NCBI GenBank assembly: GCA_965209035.1
Contig: OZ242372.1
Span: 1,632,001-1,696,000, forward strand
Origin: Gammaproteobacteria bacterium
GTDB lineage: Bacteria > Pseudomonadota > Gammaproteobacteria > CBDBNL01 > JAAOII01
DNA length: 64,000 bases
Reading direction: 5' to 3'
The number at the start of each line of letters is the position of its first letter. Positions within the stretch are counted from its first letter, which is position 1. A model generated the notes under the pieces. It worked only from the letters and a program-made list of their open reading frames with translations, did not search any database and was not told the origin of the DNA. Both the position numbers and the translations under genes were made by a program. Shown one piece after another: positions 18,220 through 25,920 of the stretch.

Positions 18220-19353
18220 CTACTTTGTCTTTTCATCAGAGAGAATCTTGGAATGAACGGCATAGAGGTATTTGTCATCGGAACCGACATAGATGGTTCC
18301 GTTGTTTGAGATGGCCGGGCTTGAAGCAACCACGTCATCTGCCCGGAATCTCCATTTAAGATTGCCGTTGGGTGTGATGGCATAGAGGTGTCTGTCGGCG
18401 GATCCGACATAGATGGTTCCGTCGTTTGCGATGGCCGGGCTTGAAGCAACCACGTCATCTGCCTGGAACCTCCATTTGAGATTACCATTGGGTGTGAAGG
18501 CATAGAGGTGTTTGTCGGCGGATCCGACATAGATGGTTCCGTCGTTTGCGATGGCCGGGCTTGAAGCAACCACGTTATCTGCCCGGAACCTCCATTTGAG
18601 ATTACCATTGGGTGCGAGGGCGTAGAGATGTTTGTCGGCGGATCCGACATAAATGGTTCCGTCATTTGCGATGGCCGGGCTTGAAATAACCTTACCACTT
18701 GTCTGGAATCTCCATTTGAGATTGCCATTGGGTGTGAAGGCATAAAGGTGTCCGTCGAGAGATCCGACATAGATGCTGCCGTCGTTTGCGATGGCCGGGC
18801 TTGAAAGAATCGGACCACCTATTTTGAACTTCCATTTTTGTCTGCCGTTGGGCGTGAAGGCATAGAGGTGGTTGTTGAAGGATCCGACATAGACCGTCCC
18901 GTCGTTTGCGATGGCAGGGATTGACCAAATCGGGCCGCCTGTTTCGATCTTCCATTTTTGTCTGCCGTTGGGTGTGAAGGCATAGAGGTAGTTGTCTTCG
19001 GATCCGACGTAGATAGTCCCGTCGTTTGCGATGGCCGGGCTTGAAAAAATCCAACCACCTGTTTCAAACTTCCATTTAAGATTGCCGTTGGGTGTGAAGG
19101 CATAGAGGTGTTTGTCGTCGGATCCGACATAGATGGTCCCATCCTTTGCGATGGCGGGGCTTGAAAGAATCGGACCACCTGTTTCGAACTTCCATTTGAG
19201 GTCACCCGCTTTCGGGCCGGCAGAAGGATCACAACCGCTTAGCCACAGGACGGCAAGTATTCCCGTGCAAACGGCAATCCAAATCCCACTTATATGTTGC
19301 GGCTGTCTTTGAGGTGTTATTGTTCCTCGGTTATCTTGTTTGGAGAAGATCAT
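18220..19353 (-). CDS. PQQ-like 8-bladed beta-propeller repeat lipoprotein
   Basis: Lipobox LWLSGC, followed by eight 40-aa repeats of KWKFETGGPILSSPAIANDGTIYVGSDDKHLYAFTPNGNL. Confidence 0.92.
   Translation of the reverse strand: MIFSKQDNRGTITPQRQPQHISGIWIAVCTGILAVLWLSGCDPSAGPKAGDLKWKFETGGPILSSPAIAKDGTIYVGSDDKHLYAFTPNGNLKWKFETGGWIFSSPAIANDGTIYVGSEDNYLYAFTPNGRQKWKIETGGPIWSIPAIANDGTVYVGSFNNHLYAFTPNGRQKWKFKIGGPILSSPAIANDGSIYVGSLDGHLYAFTPNGNLKWRFQTSGKVISSPAIANDGTIYVGSADKHLYALAPNGNLKWRFRADNVVASSPAIANDGTIYVGSADKHLYAFTPNGNLKWRFQADDVVASSPAIANDGTIYVGSADRHLYAITPNGNLKWRFRADDVVASSPAISNNGTIYVGSDDKYLYAVHSKILSDEKTK
18253..19204 (-). repeat. 8 x 120-bp intragenic tandem repeat
   Basis: TCCATTT recurs at 18351, 18471, 18591, 18711, 18831, 18951, 19071 and 19191, with high DNA identity between units. 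Confidence 0.95.
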
Positions 19354-19401
19354 GAATTTATGAGTATGCTTAATTTTAACTGAAGGGGCACTCTTTTTCC
19401 G

Positions 19402-19490
19402 TATTATCTCGCCCGGTTTTGGGTTTTTCTGTTGAGAACCGAATCCGAATACACCGAGGCGGATTGTTTACGAGCATCATAGGCTTGTTT
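19402..19490 (-). repeat. Intergenic element B2, upstream of the PQQ-repeat gene
   Basis: Homologous to 18050-18129, with an extra ~10 bp in the middle. Confidence 0.85.
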
Positions 19491-19632
19491 TTTGATGCCT
19501 ACTCAACCGGGGCGTATCGAAAGTGCCGGTGCTTAATAAAGAGAGATATCCTTGCCTTCGAAATAAGGGGGCGGGACCGATCTGCCTCCAAAATACCGGG
19601 CGTTGTAAAATGGAGGGAAGTAAAAAGCAACA

Positions 19633-19712
19633 ATTAAGCCATTAAGCCATTAAACCATTAAACAACGAAGCAACGAAGCAACGAAGCGATAAAACGATGA
19701 AACGATGATATG
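19633..19712 (+). repeat. 10 x 8-bp drifting tandem array ending in the MTase start codon
   Basis: attaagcc attaagcc attaaacc attaaaca acgaagca acgaagca acgaagcg ataaaacg atgaaacg atgatATG. Confidence 0.9.
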
Positions 19713-20696
19713 GTGAAACAGAATAGGATCAGCCGCGAGGATGTCTTGGATTTTTTGCGTTCCATACAGCAGAGCCATTGTTTTGATTTAACCATCGCCG
19801 ATCCGCCCTACAACATCGGCAAGGATTTTGGCAATAACAAAGATAACAAGACGCTTATCGATTATGCCGATTGGAGTGAGTTGTGGATTAATGAATGTTT
19901 ACGGCTCACAAAACGCTCTTCGCCCGTATATGTTTACGGTCTGCCCGAAGTGTTGGCTCATGTTGCCGTGCGTTATCCGCTCGCGCAACAAAGGTGGCTC
20001 ACTTGGCACTATACAAACAAAACGGTTCCCGGTAGCAAGTTTTGGCAAAGAAGTTTTGAGTCGATCCTGTGTTTGTGGGAAGGCGAGAAGCCGAAATTGC
20101 ATGTGGATCTTGTCAGAGAAGACTATACGCCTTCGTTCGTTAAGAATTCCGCGGGCAAGGTTCGGCACAGTAAAAACTGCAGATTTAGTAACGGCAAATC
20201 AACGACCATTTACCGGGCGCACGAGAATGGCGCCTTGCCGAGGGATGTGATGAAGATCCCGGCTTTGGCGGGCGGTGCCGGTTATTCGGAGAGAGTGTTT
20301 TATTGTCACGATTGCAAGCGTCTTGGTATGCAAAAAGAAAGACATATGCATTCGGATTGTCGGATGACCATTCATCCGACGCAAAAACCGCAGAAGATCA
20401 CGGAGCGATTGATCAATGCCGCCGGGGCACAGAACTTACTGATCCCTTTTGCCGGTTCCGGTTCCGAGTGTGTGGTGGCGAAACGGATGGGCGTTGCGTT
20501 TTATGCGACGGAGATGAACCCGGACTATGTGAAGTTGGGGAATGCGTGGCTGCGTGCCGTCGCGATGGACGAACGACCCGGCAACAAGGTTCATTCTACC
20601 GGTTCCTCTGCTTCCCCTACTTCTCCCGGTTCTCCCGATTTTCCTGCTTCTGATGCGCCCGAAGAGGAAGCCGCCACTCTGTTGCAAAGAGAGTAA
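19710..20696 (+). CDS. Orphan site-specific DNA methyltransferase (N6A/N4C, beta class)
   Basis: IADPPYN, HPTQKP and LIPFAGSGS, with a Ser/Pro-rich tail derived from 9-bp repeats (20594-20656). Confidence 0.92.
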   Translation: MVKQNRISREDVLDFLRSIQQSHCFDLTIADPPYNIGKDFGNNKDNKTLIDYADWSELWINECLRLTKRSSPVYVYGLPEVLAHVAVRYPLAQQRWLTWHYTNKTVPGSKFWQRSFESILCLWEGEKPKLHVDLVREDYTPSFVKNSAGKVRHSKNCRFSNGKSTTIYRAHENGALPRDVMKIPALAGGAGYSERVFYCHDCKRLGMQKERHMHSDCRMTIHPTQKPQKITERLINAAGAQNLLIPFAGSGSECVVAKRMGVAFYATEMNPDYVKLGNAWLRAVAMDERPGNKVHSTGSSASPTSPGSPDFPASDAPEEEAATLLQRE

Positions 20697-20708
20697 TATC
20701 CGTTAAAT

Positions 20709-21854
20709 ATGAAAACTCCCGTGAAAAAAATTGCACTCATTGCCACAGGCGGGACCATAGAAATGGCGAGCACGCGCGGCCGAGCGGGTTCTGAGGGTTT
20801 GGCGGGTTTTGCCGCCGAAAGTGATATCATCAAGACGCTGCAATCCTTGCCAGCCGACCTTGTCCAAAGAACAACCGTGCATCGTTTTTGTCGGCTGGAC
20901 AGCAGCGACATGGGGCGGGAACAATGGCAGTCGCTGGTTTCCCTGATTACGCAGCACAAAGCGGGCTACGGCGGGTTTGTTATTACGCACGGTACGGATA
21001 CGATGGCATATACCGCAGCCGCCCTTGCGTTTGCATTAAGACCGATTCTTAACTTCCCGGTGATTCTTACGGGCAGTATGCGTACCCCGGATCGGGAGGA
21101 CAGTGATGCGGCGTGCAATATTGAGGATGCGTTGCGTCTGGCGGAATCGGATCTGGCCGAGGTGGCTATTGTGATGCAAGGGTGTGCCTGGCGCGGAACC
21201 CGCGCCCAAAAGGTGACCTCGCTCAACACGGATGCGTTTGTTACGCCGGGGCTGTCTTGCTTGGCAAGTTTGGAAGAACGGGACGGAGCCGCGGGACATG
21301 CGCATACACATGTACATGCCCGACCGCATATTTACGAACACGCAGGCCGCATACGGGACTGCCGGGTGAGTGATTCCTCTTCTTCTCCCGCTTCCCATGC
21401 CTCCCCCGTCGGGCGGGAGATGTCATCCGCCCAGCCCCGCCCGCCCGGCTCATTCAACCCGTCCAATCTGTTCAGCAAAAACCTGTGTTTCTTTTCGGCG
21501 GTGCCGGCCGCCCAACCGCCGGCTGCTTTGAGCAAGGATATTAAAGTTGTTTTGCTTGCGGCATCCGGCGGTAATTTGACACCGGATTTTTTGGAGCACA
21601 TCCGTCACCTTAGCCGCACGGGGATTATCCCGGTGATCGGTTCCACAATTCCCGACCAAGGATCCATCGTTTATCCGCCTTTGGCGCGGGCGATGGAAAT
21701 GGGCGCGATCTCGGCGGTCAAGTACAGCCTTCCGGCGTTGCTTGTTAAACTCTCGTTTCTTATCGCACAAAGTGAACGGGCGGGGTATGGTGATGCGGCA
21801 CGCCGAGAGTTTATTGCCCGCGAATTGGCTGTTGCCTATGCCGGCGAAATTTAA
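20709..21854 (+). CDS. L-asparaginase/glutaminase family protein
   Basis: IATGGTI, LDSSDM, ITHGTDTMAY, VILTGS and catalytic Lys in GTRAQKV. The C-terminal domain is divergent and there is no signal peptide. Confidence 0.85.
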   Translation: MKTPVKKIALIATGGTIEMASTRGRAGSEGLAGFAAESDIIKTLQSLPADLVQRTTVHRFCRLDSSDMGREQWQSLVSLITQHKAGYGGFVITHGTDTMAYTAAALAFALRPILNFPVILTGSMRTPDREDSDAACNIEDALRLAESDLAEVAIVMQGCAWRGTRAQKVTSLNTDAFVTPGLSCLASLEERDGAAGHAHTHVHARPHIYEHAGRIRDCRVSDSSSSPASHASPVGREMSSAQPRPPGSFNPSNLFSKNLCFFSAVPAAQPPAALSKDIKVVLLAASGGNLTPDFLEHIRHLSRTGIIPVIGSTIPDQGSIVYPPLARAMEMGAISAVKYSLPALLVKLSFLIAQSERAGYGDAARREFIARELAVAYAGEI

Positions 21855-21914
21855 GACACCGCACGGTTGGGGCGATGCACTGATTGGGGGCGGTCTTGGT
21901 TAAAAGATAATAGC

Positions 21915-21938
21915 GGGCGGCGGGAGCCGCCTGTTTTT
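21915..21938 (+). terminator. Rho-independent terminator
   Basis: GGCGGC-ggga-GCCGCC followed by TGTTTTT, downstream of the asparaginase. Confidence 0.65.
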
Positions 21939-22146
21939 AATCCTTATTCTAAAAGTTCACTGCCGCCGATTGGGATGCGGTGCAGTGCGGGGCATTAAAA
22001 GATAAAAGATCGGCTATGTTATTGCGCGGCGGCAAAAAAGAGCCGGAAGTTTGGTATGTTGAGTGAGCCGGTAAGTCAGAGTCGGGGGCATCCCGTTTGT
22101 TCTGTCCGCAGAAAAAACTTGTTTTGCTTTCTCTTTCTTTCCCCCC

Positions 22147-25100
22147 TTACCTGCCTTGGGATCTGAGACCACCCGGAGCACACGACAGGACGGGATACTG
22201 CATAGGTGTGCCGAGATCCCAAACGCGGACGAAAGGATCACCGGGACCTGCCGGGTCGGTGTCTTGCCGCGTTTCGCCGGTGTTCGGATCGCACCAAAAA
22301 TCTGCCCAGTCCGCATAGATGCTGGCGGTGAACTCGGTTGGCGTTTGGAGTTCCGAGGTCGGCTTGAAGTTGGCGGTTTGGCCGCCGGTAGAGCCGGAAG
22401 TCATAGTCAGGCCTGTGGTCGTTCGGTCCCAGTAGGAGACGGTGACCGTACTGGAACTACTTGTTCCTATCAATCCGCCAACACGGTTCGCGGGGTAGCG
22501 CGTGAACCGAGGATCACTGACAGGACCACTGGCCGCATAGGAATAACTGATTTTGGCAGCGTTCCCAAGCCCAACCATGCCGCCGAGTGCCCGAGTGCCG
22601 GTGACACCGTCGCCGCCCCTCACATAGGAATGGCGAATATCTGCGGAACTGCCGCTGCCGACCAGACCGCCGGTAGTGGTATGTATATTAGATCCATCAT
22701 CCTGGTTACTGGAGACAGTGACATTTGCCGCATAGGAATAACGGATGTCGGCAGAATTCGCAAAGCCAACCAGACCACCGACTGCAGTATTACCAAAGAC
22801 CGAAGTGTGTTTGGCTGCCGTGCGATTTAATATCGCATCCTGCAGATCCCCGCCCAGAGCCCCTACGGCATTGCATAACGCCGTCATCGTCCCCGAAACT
22901 AAGAGATTTTCAAGATAAGCATTGCGACCATAACCGATCAGCAATCCCACATCATTGCAACCGTCAGTCCCAAGCGGATCGATAACAGTCACCGCCCCCG
23001 ACAGTCTCAGATTTTGAATGCGGGCATTTTCGCTGATCGCGCCAAACAACCCAATCCCGTACACATTACGATTACTGACAGAGATCAAGAGATCGGTGAT
23101 ATTATGATGATTGCCTTCAAAGATGCCATCGTAGCTGCCGTAGCCGGGGATGGGGTCGAAGCCAGTGGGAGGGGATTCTGCACATTCATTATTTTGATAA
23201 CAAGTGCCAATCGGCACCCAGCCGTTGCCGCTCGTCCAGGCGGGCATGTAGGCGGTGGCATTTGCGTAAGAACTTGCATTGCCGAAATTGAGAGAGCGTG
23301 CCAGCTCATAGCCGCGGCAACCGCCCTCCGGACAGCCGACCTGACCGACGGCGTTAATTTCCTCAAAATTGCCATCGTCCGCCCCGTCGGCGTTCAGGTC
23401 ATCGCGTAGCCGTGCCAGATCCTCTAGGGTAAAAATTTCTATCAGACCGTTATTATCGTCATCCACATCGCAGGCATCGCCTGCGTCATCGTCGTCCGTA
23501 TCCGTCTGATCCGCACTGGCAGTTAGTGGGCAGTTGTCCAACGGGGTCACACCGTCGTCGGCAAAGTCATTTATTCCGTCATTGTCATCGTCCGGGTCAC
23601 AGGCATCGCCGCCGTCATTGGCATTGTCCGTATTGGTCTGGTCCGCATTCGCAACCAGCGGACAGTTGTCCAACGGGGTCACACCGTCGTCGGCAAAGTC
23701 GTTTATGCCGTCATTGTCATCGTCCGGGTCACAGGCATCGCCACCGTCACTGGCATTGTCCGTATTGGTCTGGTCCGCATTCGCAACCAGCGGGCAGTTG
23801 TCCGCCGCTGTGGTCGTATTTGCTATGTCCGGAAAGCCATCATCGTCATCGTCCGTATCTTCTGTCAAGGTGGTATTCGTACCAGTAATGCAGCCGGAAA
23901 GGAGCATATCGGGTTGTTCGTCTTCATCTGTGTCGGTGCTCGCACAACGATCTAACCGGAACATATCTTCCGTATCCGGGGTGCCATCATTGTCATCGTC
24001 CTCGTCACAGGCATCGCCTTTGTCATCGTTGTCCGTATTGGTCTGGTCCGGATTGGCATCCTGCCGGCAGTTGTCCGCCACTGTGGTCGTATTTGCTATG
24101 TCCGGAAAGCCATCATCGTCATCGTCCGTATCTTCTGTCAAGGTGGTATTCGTACCGGTAATGCAGCCGGAAAGGAGCATATCGGGTTGTCCGTCTTCAT
24201 CTGTGTCGGTGCTCGCACAACGATCTAACCGGAATATATCTTCCGTATCCGGGGCACCATCATTGTCATCGTCCGGGTCACAGGCATCGCCACCGTCACT
24301 GACATTGTCCGTATTTGTCTGGTCCGGATTGTGGACGAGCCGGCAATTGTCTAACGGGGTCACACCGTCCTCGGTAAAGTCATTTATTCCATCATTGTCA
24401 TCGTCCGAATCTTCATCTGTGTCGCGACAGCCGTCACCGTCATTGTCCGCGGACGCATTGGAAGTCCAGCCGGTAACACCGGTCGGGCAAGTATCCGCAA
24501 GATCCGTCACATCGTCATTGTCATCGTCCTCGTCACAGGCATCGCCTTTGTCATCTTTGTCAGTATTCTTCTGGTTCGCATTGGTAATTAGCGGACAATT
24601 GTCTGCCGCCGAGTTTGGGGTTGCTTCATCCGGAAAGCCGTCATTGTCATCATCGTCATCGCAGACATCGCCACCGTCACTGGCATTGTCCGTATTGGTT
24701 TGGTTCGGATTGTAACGCAAGGGGCAGTTGTCGTCGATATCTTCATCACCGTCGCCGTCATCGTCCGTATCTTCTGTCAGGGTAGTATTCACATTGGTCA
24801 TGCAGCCGAAATGGAGCATATCGGGTTGTTCGTCGCCATCTGTGTCCACACTCGCACAGCGATCCAACGGAAACGCATCTCCCTCATCCGAGATGCCATC
24901 ATCGTCATCGTCGATATCTGCCTTCAAGTTGGTCTCCAAGCCGGTAGCACAGTTGATGTGCAGCATGTCGGGGAAGCTGTCGCCATCTGTGTCCACACTC
25001 GCACAAGGATCCAACGGAAACGCATCGTTCGTATCCGCAATTCCGTCTCCATCCGTGTCCGTTGCCTCGCCACCGGAACCACCGCCACCGCCGCCGACAC

Positions 25101-25221
25101 AGGCGGCGAGCAGGACGACTGACAGGGTGATTGTCAATAATAGGATAATGCCGCTGCGTGCCGTTCGCCCGGCCGCGGCCATGCCGCAACTCTTGAGAGT
25201 ATGCATTTCAAATATTTTCAT
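22147..25221 (-). CDS. Large lipoprotein with thrombospondin type 3-like Ca-binding repeats and a C-terminal GLUG-motif domain
   Basis: Lipobox LLAAC, poly-Gly linker, many DxDxDG/DNCP...NxDQTNTD...GDACD repeats, and VGGLVG/GGLIG motifs in the C-terminal part. Confidence 0.9.
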   Translation of the reverse strand: MKIFEMHTLKSCGMAAAGRTARSGIILLLTITLSVVLLAACVGGGGGGSGGEATDTDGDGIADTNDAFPLDPCASVDTDGDSFPDMLHINCATGLETNLKADIDDDDDGISDEGDAFPLDRCASVDTDGDEQPDMLHFGCMTNVNTTLTEDTDDDGDGDEDIDDNCPLRYNPNQTNTDNASDGGDVCDDDDDNDGFPDEATPNSAADNCPLITNANQKNTDKDDKGDACDEDDDNDDVTDLADTCPTGVTGWTSNASADNDGDGCRDTDEDSDDDNDGINDFTEDGVTPLDNCRLVHNPDQTNTDNVSDGGDACDPDDDNDGAPDTEDIFRLDRCASTDTDEDGQPDMLLSGCITGTNTTLTEDTDDDDDGFPDIANTTTVADNCRQDANPDQTNTDNDDKGDACDEDDDNDGTPDTEDMFRLDRCASTDTDEDEQPDMLLSGCITGTNTTLTEDTDDDDDGFPDIANTTTAADNCPLVANADQTNTDNASDGGDACDPDDDNDGINDFADDGVTPLDNCPLVANADQTNTDNANDGGDACDPDDDNDGINDFADDGVTPLDNCPLTASADQTDTDDDDAGDACDVDDDNNGLIEIFTLEDLARLRDDLNADGADDGNFEEINAVGQVGCPEGGCRGYELARSLNFGNASSYANATAYMPAWTSGNGWVPIGTCYQNNECAESPPTGFDPIPGYGSYDGIFEGNHHNITDLLISVSNRNVYGIGLFGAISENARIQNLRLSGAVTVIDPLGTDGCNDVGLLIGYGRNAYLENLLVSGTMTALCNAVGALGGDLQDAILNRTAAKHTSVFGNTAVGGLVGFANSADIRYSYAANVTVSSNQDDGSNIHTTTGGLVGSGSSADIRHSYVRGGDGVTGTRALGGMVGLGNAAKISYSYAASGPVSDPRFTRYPANRVGGLIGTSSSSTVTVSYWDRTTTGLTMTSGSTGGQTANFKPTSELQTPTEFTASIYADWADFWCDPNTGETRQDTDPAGPGDPFVRVWDLGTPMQYPVLSCAPGGLRSQGR

Positions 25222-25294
25222 AAATTAATAATTAGTAGATATAAAATAATTAATACGGCATTAGTTTACCATATTTCGACGGATGTTTGTCTTT

Positions 25295-25349
25295 TATCTG
25301 CAAACGCACAACACCAAACTCAGAGTCCAAAACCTTGCCGGGATGATGT
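25295..25349 (+). repeat. Intergenic element A2 (direct repeat of 10166-10220)
   Basis: TATCTGcaaACGcACAAcaCCAAACTCAGAGtCCAAAACCTT, with 35/42 identity to A1. Confidence 0.8.
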
Positions 25350-25369
25350 GCTGTGCACATCATCCCGGC
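25337..25369. repeat. Perfect 15-bp inverted repeat with a 3-nt loop
   Basis: GCCGGGATGATGTGC-TGT-GCACATCATCCCGGC. Confidence 0.9.
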
Positions 25370-25462
25370 GAATTTTGTAATTTTACATAGTGCCTTATAA
25401 TGAGAACAAACGGACAATTTTTATGAGATATTCACAATCACAATTAATCGCAATCAATCGCA

Positions 25463-25846
25463 ATGAAGCGAAACACAATGCGTAAGATATTTTTTTCGTG
25501 CCTTAAAAAGCTTGCTTTGGGCGCGATTCTTGTCGGCTTGTCATCCCATCTGCTCGCGGAAGGGCGGGCGTATTTTTGGTGTATTACCGAGTACCAAAAG
25601 GATACGGGAACGGTTGTTTATTATTCCAAGCAATTTTTGGCGGATATTAGCGGCAAATCCAGATACGAGGAGGCCTTTCATACTTATGTGGAAGCCCGCC
25701 ATGTGAAACACCGATTTAAGGGAGGCGCTTCTTGCCAAAGTCACAGCATTAAAGGAGAAGCCAAAAGAGAACGCGACGAATCTTCGCTGACGAAGAGGGA
25801 GCAATATGAAGGCATTAAGGTTGTCATAACGGACTGGGCTTATTAA
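25463..25846 (+). CDS. Hypothetical secreted protein
   Basis: 127 aa with a basic N-terminus and hydrophobic stretch (signal peptide ending around LLA-E), and two Cys in the mature part. Confidence 0.7.
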   Translation: MKRNTMRKIFFSCLKKLALGAILVGLSSHLLAEGRAYFWCITEYQKDTGTVVYYSKQFLADISGKSRYEEAFHTYVEARHVKHRFKGGASCQSHSIKGEAKRERDESSLTKREQYEGIKVVITDWAY

Positions 25847-25920
25847 CAAGTCCTTAATCATTAACCGATTTTCGATTTTGTTTGTCCGTTTGTTAAAGCG
25901 GGGTGCCGCCAAGGGCAAGG

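Noticed and set aside
18213-19232. Long alternative-frame ORFs (18213-18818, 18819-19232, 18692-19054) over the PQQ gene
   Set aside because: These are shadows of a 120-bp repeat that happens to lack stops in other frames. They have no independent start signals or domains.
23534-25228. Ser-rich plus-strand ORFs (393 aa and 166 aa)
   Set aside because: They are the antisense reading of the Asp-rich (GAY) codons of the TSP3 protein.
10166-25369. Integron attC sites or a prophage as the explanation for the island
   Set aside because: I could not discern any RYYYAAC...GTTRRRY inverted core, intI, or phage structural or replication genes. DUF5131 alone does not indicate a prophage.
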